Assembly: GCA_030704615.1 (NCBI GenBank)
Contig: CM060732.1
Coordinates: 49,290,001 to 49,354,000, forward strand
Length of the DNA stretch: 64,000 nucleotides
Source of the DNA: Takakia lepidozioides
Taxonomy: Eukaryota > Plantae > Bryophyta
Reading direction: 5' to 3'
Positions within the stretch are counted from its first letter, which is position 1; the number at the start of each line of letters is the position of its first letter. The position numbers and the translations under genes are program-made. Positions 38,581-50,298 of this stretch are shown here, piece after piece. The notes under the pieces were generated by a model that saw only the letters and a program-made list of their open reading frames with translations, was not told the DNA's origin and searched no databases.

Positions 38581-41500
38581 ATGGGGAGGAAGAATGACAC
38601 TCGAGGGGGAGGCGTTGCTGGTGGTGGTGGTGGTAGAGGCAAGCTGCCTAGTTTGATCTTTCAAGGTGCTCATGTATCTTTGGCTACAACCTCCCTTCCA
38701 TGGTATGCGCCGGCGCATATGCTTGGAGCTCCTTGAGCAAAAATTTCTTCAAGGGCCTAAAATCTTGTCAAATTTTGAATTGGTTGCACATATGTGTCAT
38801 ATGCGCCGGCGTAGGTGGTCGGAGGTCCTCTGTCGGGATGCTCAGGCCTGTATTCTGTTCCAAGTTGTAAGCTTTGAAAGACAAGGATATTCATGGAATT
38901 AGTTGACTATCCAAATTCATTTGTTTTCCTCATGCAACCATGACACTGAACTGCTCTTTTTACATATTATACATTCACACATGTGCTCTTCGCATACACT
39001 GACATCTTGAACTGTTTTGGTCTATGGAATTAGGAAATTACTACTACAACTGAAGCTGTGGAGGCCGGGACATTTGCAACCATTATTGACGACATTGATG
39101 CAGGGAATTGGGGGGCAAATGAGTATGAAGTGGATACAACATCTAGTGATCCTCTTTCTCTAGATGCCAAACAGACAATTATTCTGGAAAAGAAACAAGA
39201 TCTGAATGTAACTTTCAGGTCCCTCCTCATTGAGGATGGAGTTATGGACATTCCATTGTGTCGCATGATTTCTATGCAGGTTGTTAGGCCCGCCCTTGCC
39301 AACGACATCCTAAAGCTTAGAGGAAGACTTCTATTCTGGATACCATCCAGGAGCAGCCGTGTTCTATGTTTTTGTTGAGGGGATTGATGGATCTACTATA
39401 GATGTAGGTCCTGATATCATCTCTACATGGGATAGTCATTGGAAAACAGTCAATGATGAGTTTGAGAAGTATCTTGAGTCCAAGCCAAAGTTGCATTATC
39501 TTCGGGGGAAGATGTTTCATGTCTGGGATGGGAATCATAGGCTTCAAGCATGGTATCTCTATATCAATGAAGTTCATGGGGCCAACTTGTCAAGACATGT
39601 TTGTGTGACAAGTTGGGTGCTCAATGCGGACATTGAAAATCGTGGTTCCCTCAGGTCCATCATGGATGGAGTGAATGTGTGAGTTTCCTTTCTATTCTTC
39701 ATTTACTTTCATGTTAAATGTTGTCATGTTCTTGCTCAATGGATGTACATATACACATCTTCTTTCTAATGATCATATTTTATATGTGCAGGGCAACAGA
39801 GAGGGCACATGTTACATCCAAATTTGTGCACTTGGTTTGCAAGGTCAATATGATTGGCCTTACACCTGTCTCTGAATGGAAGAATGTATTGAGGAAAGAG
39901 CAATACGACGAATGCATCAAGAAAGCAGGAAAGACTTGGTATAACCTGACAGTCCATGCAATGACAGAGATTTTGTACAAGGTAACATCATGTCTTAACC
40001 AAGTTTCATTCTTTGCATCCATAGACAAGATTCACCTCTGGTTCATGTTATGAACTGTTTTGGTTCTTTTGGCAGCATGATATTGTTGAGGCCCAACGCA
40101 TGGCGGGGGAAGCTTACAAACTTGTTGAGGGGCCAAAGAGTCAAGAGGGCCTTGAAGATACAATGAGACAGGCTGGATTGAAAGCAAGGGAGCAACACAA
40201 GAGTTAGCTTGTGAAGTTGCTTCCTATTGCTGATCCAACCCTTGGAGAGGAGTTTCTCCAAGAACTTAAACTGCATTGGTCACGTGTAAAGGCAGGATCA
40301 GAGGAAATGACCCAAGAGAAAATGGTGACCATTGCTACCGCCCGGGTGGATCCTGAAGAAAAGGTGGAATGGCTACATATATGGAATGGAGACCAAACAC
40401 TTCACGATCGTAATTTTTTTCCACCTGGGCCTATCAGTGTGCCAACACTTGATCCTTGGCTGAATAGAAGGACTTTTTGGTGGCAGGTACATATAAAATC
40501 ACTATCTTCTCAATGCAATTAATTCATTTTGTTGATGACACATTAACATAGTTATTTAACTAACTGTATTTTCTTGCAGCTTCACAAGGTTGCCTTGGCT
40601 CAGTTTGCCTTGTACACCACTCAGCTTGGCCAATTTCATGTTGCCTTGGAGGAAGGAGAGAGTGAGAGTCTGGGAGACTACATGGATACATGGAAGATGA
40701 CTCATTTCAATGAGTTGTTTCATAGAGAGTTCTCATTGCCAAAGGGGCCATTCAGAGGCAATGATTGGGAACAACAAACAGGTGGGGAGAAGGTGGTGAG
40801 ACGGATTTTATTCAGGTACCATCTTTCCATTGCATTATACATGGATAGTGTATACACCTTGTAAGTAAAAAATGTCTATGCTTCAAGTATTTTTCTAGTA
40901 CATTGGGATATACATGTTTCTTAATGTGCTTGTTCAATTGTTGAACATGTTGCATAAATATTTGTCTCCACAATAACTTTGAATGTGTTTGTATTTTAGG
41001 TACATGAGATTTGTGCTTGTACCGAGTGATCGACTTAAGGCTGAGCCCAAGTTTCTGATGGCCTGGAAGTTTGGTGCTCAACAAGCTTCCATGTACACAC
41101 CTGCAATTGAGGAAGATTGGGGTGTGGAACACCGGGAAGGGGGGGGGTTGGTATTTGGATATGCCCAAGGGTACTATCCCCTATGCAGAAATGGGACTTC
41201 ATAAGGAATGTGTTCGCAGGCAGTCAGTGAGTGATGAAGGGGTATCTCCACTGAAGTCCCTGTTCTTGATCTGGAGCATGCAGAACAAATTGCTACACAT
41301 ACCGCTGACGATGTAGCCCAGGTGGTCCTTGCCGTTGTGGGTGTCATGAAAAAAAAAAGGTGCGGGTGTCAATGCAGGTGTGGCCCCCAATGCAGGTGTG
41401 GCTTCTATTGCTGGTCCTATTGGTAGTTCTTCACATCCTTCAAATCAGTTGGTTGTAGTGCCTGCACCTACTACTCGAGGAAACAAGCCAAAGGCAGGCG

Positions 41501-43170
41501 AACATCCTTACAGTGCAGTGTCATTTTCTGGTGGTGCACCTAGCATGTATCGCATGAAGATCATGCCTACTCATTTCATTGATATGGTGGAGGCCTCAAG
41601 TACATCTCCTGATGCGACCTTGAAAGAGCTCATGGAGTTCTTAAAAAATGTGAGTTTCCCCCAACAAACAAACTTGAATGTAAGGAATTCTTCGATGTTT
41701 TTATATCCTCATCATCCGGCTATTGACTCCTACATTTTCTGTATGTTGTTTGCAGTTGCCAGGAACTTGGTCTAGTGTTGTGGATGGAAAAAACGTGTCT
41801 GTGGCTGTGGACATAATCATCGTGGACTGCCCAACAGGAATGCCTGTACAGGGCTGTTTGGATGGTGTACAGGTTCCTCCCTGGAATGCTTTTGATAAAC
41901 GGTATTGGGAGTATGCATTCTCCATTGCTAATGACCTGTTGGATGACAATGGATGCTTGGTGTTCTTGCAGGGCTCCGATGATTCCTTTGCATTGGAGCT
42001 CTTTTCTTACTCCAGGGGCAGCTCTATTTCCGTATTATCAAGGAAATATACTTGCATCAATACCACCCCTCTACACACTCAGACAGGAAAGGTAAAAATT
42101 ATGCCTCTTCAATATCTCATTGTTTGATGTTTCATCTTCCTACTCTCATACATATTATTAAACCATCCGGGTGCACTGTTTTTGTGGAAATGGCACGTCT
42201 AACAGACCATGTTCTTCCACGCCCATGTCCTCACCAAGCAAGGAGGACTATTCAAACTGCGTGAGTCTGGCAAAGTTGTGGACCCCCTTGCAGACCCTGT
42301 TGAGTTGGATGTCATCTACAACCACATTCCTGTTGCACTACCCATGCAAACTCCTCAACAAGCTTGGAGGGGTGCGCGAGACCGTAGTCCCGCCTTCATG
42401 CAAGTGTTGTTGGAGACATGCTCACCTCCTGGCTCCCGCATTTTGGATCTCACAGCTGGCACATGTTTGCATTGGTCTCCATTTTGTAATTAAAATCTTC
42501 TGAGTTGATTCATGATCATTAACTGTTATCCGATATAATATCACCATTGCATGTTTTTTTCTTGCAGGTTCTACATTTATTGCTGCCCGCGAGTCTGGAC
42601 GTCACGTATTTGGTCTTGAGGGGGACCAGACGTTGTATGCAGCACATCTCTCTGCACTTCAAAATACTCAACCTGTTTTGGTTTCATCTGTGGTAACTCC
42701 AACCATTCAACGTCCTGTGAGTTTGTTGGAACCCCCGGCTCCTAAGGTGGCGCGCAAGCTTGGTCTTCATCTCGGCAGTATTTCCTAGTAAGTATGTCTC
42801 GTCTCCATTCCTTTTTTTGCAATCTCTATATTACTTGCAAAACAAACCATTCCCATTTGATTTGTTAACATAAGTATACATGTATGTGTGATGCAGTGAT
42901 GGGATTGTGCGGACCATCTACGATAGTCTACCCCAAAGTCCTCTTTCATCGTTTTATCTACCTTCGTATGCCGAGTCCCAAGCTTTGCATTCAATACATC
43001 AACAACGTGATGTAGGTCTTTCCAATGATCTGTTGTTTGACCGAAGAGCAGCTATTGTTGGACAATCCGTGGATAGGTTGCGTAGAGTTGAGGCTTTCAT
43101 GGATGTGTATGCCTCTGAATCACAGGCTTATGACACGGATGATGAAGTATCAGCTGATGATGTTATGTAG
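38581..43170 (+). pseudogene. Spliced gene: N-terminal ParB/Sulfiredoxin-like domain plus C-terminal beta-class N4C/N6A DNA methyltransferase-like domain
   Basis: Approximate exons 38581-38665 (phase uncertain), 39034-39678, 39792-39981, 40076-40486, 40580-40860, 41000-41679, 41756-42091, 42206-42464, 42568-~42786, ~42897-43170. VWDGNHRLQAW (ParB GxHR), VDIIIVDCPTG (motif IV position), SPAFMQVLLETCSPPGSRILDLTAGT|CSTFIAARESGRHVFGLE (motifs X-I-II). Frameshifts ~39318 and ~41110; stops ~40204 and ~41347. Confidence 0.72.
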
Positions 43171-44631
43171 GTAATTAGAAATTACATATACAATACATTG
43201 TCCTCATTGTCAATCCGAATTTTTGGTTATTTTTTATGATACATGTATTTCTCTCTAGTGTAAGGTAAAACAAATGGGGCAAATGACATGGTGTTGAAAT
43301 CAGATTTCATGTTATCTTCCTGTCATTTGATTTATCTATGTAATAGTTTGTACATAGATCTCTACTGCATTTCATAAATCCCTTTACCTTAATGCAAGTT
43401 CGACATACACTTCAGTACTATCAAATTTCATCATTAGTAAGATCAACCCTTATGAGTATTGTGGCACGTTATGTACACACAGGGTGACTATCTTTATCTC
43501 ATTTGTGTTTCATTTCATTAGTGTTTCAAGTTTGAATGGGTAGTGCATTGGTATGAACTAGGCTTGATACCCGATAGGTTTGTTCTATCTCTGAAGGACA
43601 TTATGTTTTTGTAAAATAAAAATGTTTCAGAAGGTAGATATATAGATACTGCAAAACCTATGTAACAAGATTAAATGGGTCGTGGTTTGGTAAGGATTAT
43701 GTTTTTTAAGTTATGAGATTGCGGGTTCGATTACCGATCAATAGTCTTTTTTGTAAAATTGAATTCCCTTGCGGGCCATCGCCATTTACTACCCAAATGC
43801 GCAGGCGGACCATCTCCATCACATTGTCAAGCTCCCTAGCATTCCCTAAGCATTGCTCCATTCTGAACTTCAAACTAAACTCCCACCATTGGAAGAGCCC
43901 GTAGCTTCACCATTTGTATCTAACAAGGAGCCGTGCCTCGTCACTTTTTAATTTTTCGACCTTTTTTCTCATGTTGGAAAGCCATAAAAGCAACATGTTC
44001 CTCTCCCATTCCTACACTCACCCATGTGGAATAATAATACAATGAATATGGAATATTTTATATAGAATATTCTTATTTTATCCCTTGATATTTTGACTAT
44101 GGACCCTAAGATTAGATGAATCACAATTATTTATTTATTTTTTGGGTACCCTTATTTAAGTGTTGTGCATATAAAATTGTTCCTATGCATATCTAAAATT
44201 TGTATGCACTCCATATGCATGCATTTGTGTGCGCATATAGTATAGGCTGCCTCGTGTACAAGAGGGTGTCAAAACTAGTGTACAAACCAAGACTGCCTTC
44301 TGGTCCAGAGTCACCTTCCTCTCATAGAGAATGAGAAGGCAACACAAACGTATGTACAGTCTCTAGAGAAAGTCTGAAGTCAATAAATTGTCCTCATCTT
44401 TTGCTCCAAAGATCTATACTCTGACCGAACATCTATTCTCTTGTATTTTTCCTACTCTAGTAAAACTCAACTAGTTCCATTCTGGAGTAGCCAGACGGCA
44501 TTCAGTTAGTCAACATGCCTCGCAAAAGGAGAAGCTGTTCTTTACGTAGACAAACTGTTCATGCATCACGACTGCTCTGTTGCGCAACTCCAAGGCGGGT
44601 GGGTGTATATTATGGCACCCCACATGTCCTT

Positions 44632-45387
44632 CTACCTTTCAGCAGACAAACTGCCACTCATCATCCACTGGAACTCCTGGAAATCAACGCATCCATCACC
44701 GTCCCTGTCAACAGAACTGATCATGCAGCGGCAGTCTTCCATTGTAAGACTTTCCTCCCCCAAGCCTGACAAGACACGGTGAAGCTCGTCTGCAGATATA
44801 AAACCGTTTCTATCGGCATCAAACACCTGGAAGGCGGCTTTCAGTACCTCCACAGAACTGCTTCCTCCATCAGATCCAGTGTTCGCTTCCAATGCCATCG
44901 CATTAAGGTTGATAAATTCTTTCAGGTCAATAAAACCGTCCCCGTTAGAATCCGCCTCCTTTACCATGATTTCGAGCTCCTTATCCGATGGTTTATCGCC
45001 AAGTGAACAGAGAACAGAACCAAGCTCCGAAGGTGAGATCTTCCCGTCCCCATTGACGTCGAAAAATCTGAAAGCCTCCGCCAGCTCTTCTGTAAGATGA
45101 AGAGATGGTACGATGTCCTGACGTTCCTTTATGCTAGAACTAGACGAAGAATTTGATGCCATGGAAGTCCCTTTGGCCTGCTTAAACAAAAATCCAAATT
45201 TGCGAGCAAACTTTGCACGGGTCGGAGAATTTCTTGACCCGGAACTGCCTCCCTCCTTCTCTTCAAGAGATTGAGAATGAGACCAAGACGACGAAGACGT
45301 GGATAAATCAGAAGATGATATCGAGGAATGTGTTGAATCAGAGAGGGTCCGCAGTTTCTTCCTTTTGAATAACTTTTGAAGCTTCAT
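44632..45387 (-). CDS. Calmodulin-like (CML) protein, 4 EF-hands, Ser-rich basic N-terminal extension, intronless
   Basis: DVNGDGKISPSE, DSNGDGFIDLKE, DADRNGFISADE, DRDGDGCVDFQE; first ATG at 45387. Confidence 0.93.
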   Translation of the reverse strand: MKLQKLFKRKKLRTLSDSTHSSISSSDLSTSSSSWSHSQSLEEKEGGSSGSRNSPTRAKFARKFGFLFKQAKGTSMASNSSSSSSIKERQDIVPSLHLTEELAEAFRFFDVNGDGKISPSELGSVLCSLGDKPSDKELEIMVKEADSNGDGFIDLKEFINLNAMALEANTGSDGGSSSVEVLKAAFQVFDADRNGFISADELHRVLSGLGEESLTMEDCRCMISSVDRDGDGCVDFQEFQWMMSGSLSAER

Positions 45388-48300
45388 CTCGAACAATATT
45401 CTCCCCTCCTCCGGACCCCGGTGGCTTCAGCAGCTTGAATATATCGGCCTGAACTTTGAAAGAGTCTACCTCAAGATCTCACACGCAAAGACCTGTATGT
45501 GTGCTCCTCTACTCGAGAATCAAAATCTTCACTAAGGACGGTACTCGAACTATTTACTGGGACATTCGATACAGAATTTGGACACGGGCTAGCTGACTGA
45601 GATTACAAGTGCTTGCAACCTCCGTGGTTCGGAAACTTATTCTCTGCCTTTCAGTCTTCAGAAACAAAATTACGTAAGTTTCACCAGGACTGTAGACAAT
45701 ATCGTCCTACTCCAGATGTCCCCTAACAGCGGGAATCTCTACATATTGAGGAATATGGACACGAGAGTGTCCTCCTTAAAACAGAAGGAACGGCAGACGT
45801 ATGCTTGCAAAACTATCAAATGTCAATAAAATCCTGACTAGAACTACATACGACAGAGCGTAGTCCCACACATTCCTCCCACTTCTCCCTCCTCTCTACT
45901 TTACAACATGTAGAAAGAAACTGTCGCCCCTGGATGGAGCATGAAATTGCTCCCCTCTTCCAACCTGACCAAGCGAGGCGAAAAGCTTACTACTCTTTGC
46001 ACTATCAGCAACTCGAAAATTGTCACGCTCGTTCCTCGCCTGTTTCATGCCAACACAACACACACGATTTACTTTTCTCAGAACTTCGGAGCGCTGTGCA
46101 GATAATCTTTGTTGCGGTACGCACTTGCCACCATCGCTCCACCATCGCTCGCCGCCTCATCAACATCATCTCCTCGCCTTTTCTCTGTCGCACCTTCCGT
46201 CCTCCTTCCTCACCCCCGCGTCGCACTTTCCCTGCGAGCGTTGAAAGACCACGCGTGGGCCCGTCCCGGGCTCAAAACCCCCTACACGCACCACCTGGCG
46301 CCTCTGCCCGCGGCCGAGTCCTGATTTTTATGGCCCGTTATTTCAAACCCTTGGATCCGAAAATTACGTATGGCTAGATTGTATGGGACGAAGAATCCAC
46401 GCATATTTAGTGCGAAGAAAACCATTTTTTTGTGGACGGTTAAACATGCTCCCCTGATGGCAGATTACAGACGGCTAAACATGATTCCTTCCATATTAGA
46501 CCTTTTCCTAGGCAAGTTACAAATGGTTAAACATCTTAGCTGGCAGATTCCAGATGGCTCCTAGCATATTACCGGTGGCTAGTCATCTTCCATGGCAGAT
46601 TCCAAACGCCCTCGGCAGCCAACCCTCAAATCGCGGAACGCCCTCGGGCTGGGGCCGTCCCTATCACAAAACATATAGCTGAACGTCTTCCTCGACAGAT
46701 TGAGGCCTGTAGACGATAGAGACATGTAATGTGTATGTAGAACAAGGCAATCGATCTCAGTCCACTGCTTTAAAACTATGATGTAAAATCATATTTCACT
46801 GTGTGTCTAATTATGAGCCTGAGCGAATGTTCTCAATATAATTGGGTATGGATCCATGGCTGTGGGGAAGATCATGGGTGAAGGAGGGTTGGTGGGTCTC
46901 CCAAAAGTTGAGAACTCAAATTTGCCAGCCTACTAATGTTGACAGACTAGCCGTAGGATATGGCGGTTCTCCACAAATTGAGGAATTCCCTCGGAATTCC
47001 AACTTAGGGTGCGTCCACCAGAGCGGCTCTATCTGATCTCAGTGCAGTCTGAGCTCGACTCACAGTTGCTGTTCGGTGTGCCTGGTGTACTCCCTGCCTC
47101 CTCGCCATGGCTGCTCTCCTTGGGGTCTCTGCCCCTGCCAGTGGTACTGCTGCTTACGATCAAATTTTCCATCCTTTCCATGGAATCTGCATGCATCATC
47201 ATCTCATGCACATCATGAGGCACTTTCGTGGCGGATTAGATAATGATGATTTGTTACATCCTGTTGATTATCTTCATGTGTGGCAGATCACCTAATACTG
47301 TATGAGATTGCAGCACGTTTCAAATAATGATAGACGATGATATATTTAATAGTTTTAATAAAGGATCTTACCCCAAACATCAAAGATAAATTTTACTATA
47401 AATTTTAGTATTTAATTTGAATAATACTGGATATATCAAAATTAATTTCAACGGATAATTTCAACGGATTTTTCCATATGACACCTGACGCAACTTCCCT
47501 ACGTCATTCTACACCTCTTTAAAAAAAGGTAAAACCCCAAAATCCCTTATTTGAAAAAATATGGACAAATGAAAATTGAGCTATTTTTTAAATATAAATT
47601 AGTCCATAGCTCTTTATCTTTTATGTTTTTCTTCCATATGAAAGTGGATTTGGGGAGTATTCAAAAAATGCACCTCTAAACTGTTTTCCATTGTGCATTT
47701 TCACAAGTGTACATTATGTTTATTTACTCCATAAGTTTGTATGTTGTAACAGTTACAGTCCACAGTTACTCCTTTGAAAGTCTATAGCTCTTCACTACAA
47801 AAACTTTTTGGGAATCTAACAATTGGTATATATTCCCATTGTAGATAAGAACCTTACAACATATAAATTGCAATGAAAATTTAAATTGTCAAATTTTTAT
47901 AGGTGACACTATCAAGGGGGGTCACTGCAAAAACTACACAGTTACGCAGTTTTGGTCCACCCTAGCCTGCAAACACCCTCCAGCCCTGCGACGAATTGCA
48001 AGGATGAGCGAGGCATATATTTTCTGTCGTTTTTCTAAGATCCAATCATTGCAGTAGCGGTCATGACAGTATTGTCGTGCGCATACGTATCGCGATTGTA
48101 GATGCATATATTGGTACAAATTTCTTTTCAGATCGTTTTTGATCTTAAGGCAGACGGTTTAGGCATTGTACTGCCAAAGCAGGGCAGTTTGCGAGTTATC
48201 TGGGAATCGCTGGTAAAGCACGTAGGAATTTAGATTATGTCTGAGATGACCATGGAGGAGCTCTGGCGTCAAAAGGACCGTAGGAAGCTGCATCGACAGC

Positions 48301-50298
48301 GAGTTAGGTTGCCAATTCGGTACTAGTAACGACAACACGCACCTGTTCGAAACAATACATAGCGACTGTTCCAATCCCGGATTGCAATCTTTCTATTCTC
48401 CCGCCTTTCAAGTCCAGTAGGAGCACGCGACGAGGAGTCTTGGCAATTGGAGGAAACAATCTGTACATCGATGAAATATCGCGACAAAGCAAGTGCTGCA
48501 TCGGAGCGAACGACGGGTGAATGAGCCACGAAGTTTTGAATTCCTCAGCGATGCAAAGTGTGTAGGAGGAAACTCCAGATGATCTGTGACCCAGTGGCAG
48601 GGCCAAAGACCCCCTGGGGGCACCACCAGTATTTTTACTGCTAGAAAGCGGCAGACTGCCTATATGGCGAAACCATGGAAACCAACCAAAGGTGTGGCTT
48701 TTCTTCCCCGATTCCCTTGAGATTTTATGAGCAACTACGGGCCATCTAATTATAATTTTTAACCAAGTTTGGGGATTTTTGGAGGTGATAAAAGACGACA
48801 TCAAATTATCACGATGGAGGCAGTTGCGAAAGACGATTAAATGGAATTCTAGTTCATCCAATGGATGAAAACTGGAAATTCGACATGCAAGCTGGAGGGA
48901 TGAGAAGACAACCTAGCGCCAACTGATCATCCATTTGGATGGATGAAAAACCAGATTTATCATTAACACCAAGGTTTTCCATCCATGGTTATTATTTTAT
49001 GGTGTTCTATCGTTTTTAAATTATAGACTCATGTAGGAAATAATAGTTTAAGACTATCCTTCACTAGTTTAAGAAGCCCCAAAAACACAATAAAAGAAGA
49101 GCAGGCTCCTCTTGTTCTTCAATCTAGTCTCATTTCCTTGTTTTGGCCTCTTGCTTGTGTAGTTAGTTTTGAGCTTGAGGGAGCTAGTTCCTAGAGAGTT
49201 GAGTTTGTGGCTCTCTAGTATTAGAAGCAAGCATAGCGAGAGTAGGATAGTCCTAGCTCAAGGCCTTGTGGCCATTTGAGGCAAGAAGTAGAGGAAGCGT
49301 TCCATGAAGTGGAAGACTTGAGAACGAGTAGGAGTGCCGGAGGAGGACCAGACTTGAGTACCATTCTACCGAGCGATTTAGTGCATCCCAAACACCACTT
49401 GTTTTAGAGGGTGACTTACCATACTATCTTGACATTTGAATTCATTTATTTCATTTGTTGTTCAAGCTTGTTCCAAGAAGGGACCTTATAAACATTGTTT
49501 GCTAAAAATCTATAAAAACTAACTCTCTTTCAAAGATGATGTGTGTGCATCTCTATGTACATGTGTGAAGAGCACATGTGTGAAGCCCCAGGAGACAGGG
49601 CCTTAGGAATCTAACCCAATTACGTCATGGAAGTGAGGGTAGATGTCCATTATTATGTTTAAGGAGAGGGCGAGCTTGCATGAAGTGGTGAAGCTCTTGT
49701 CAAATTTCCCTTTCTAGCTTAGTGGTGACGGCCATATTGCATGAGACGGCGAAGCTATCGTCAAAATTTCCATATTATTAAGTTCATATCTATGTTCATA
49801 AGCCCCCTGGCCATAGAGGACCATGGGAGGCAATGCTAATTACTTTTATAAGTGGTTAAGCTATTTTGTAGAGAGTTGCCCAAAAAAACAGAGCCCAACA
49901 CTAAAGTGCCGGCGCCTTAGGCGCATTTGGGTTGGAGGTCAACCAAGGAGGTTGCCTAGAATCGCCATGGAAAGGTGCATCTAACACGGGTGGCGCGGCC
50001 TTCCCCCGTGGGGGGAGTTGACCCTTGGAGCAAAGTACGGGTTGCTGGTACACTGCGTGGCAGCACCAGGCGCCATAGCTGGGCCCGCGCAGGTAAGACA
50101 CGAGCGACAGAGATGACGGAGCACGATGGAGCCTGCCTATTACCCACTGGACCCGCGCTAGCCGGATACAAGAGTAGCCCCATCGTTAGTCGTCGTCTTG
50201 CAATCTGTGAACTTGAGCCAAGATCTCATGTGTTCAAGGTCTCATAGTAGCTTGGCCTTGCATTTCTTGTTAGCCTTCCATGGTTGTATCCACTCCCA

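Larger units (their letters stand above)
33458..44253. mobile_element. Mutator-like (MULE) DNA transposon, ~10.8 kb, carrying a transposase and a ParB-methyltransferase gene
   Basis: 9-bp direct repeat GTGTACAAG at 33449-33457 and 44254-44262. Degenerate G-starting TIRs: GGGGTTGCTATTCCATATGCACA vs reverse complement GAGGCAGCCTATACTATATGCGCA. ATGCA-rich subterminal regions at both ends. Confidence 0.8.

Noticed and set aside
38581-43170. Bacterial contamination or prophage ParB-MTase
   Set aside because: The gene has multiple GT-AG introns and sits within a TSD-bounded element next to a plant CML gene.
43675-43740. B-box-like GGTTCGATTACC
   Set aside because: Too degenerate to call a tRNA or SINE.
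46842-47295. Short Ser/Gly-rich ORF fragments
   Set aside because: No recognisable domain or consistent exon structure.
48097-49900. Nested solo LTR (TGTAGATG...CCCAACA)
   Set aside because: No TSD or terminal inverted match found; left as an unexplained segment.
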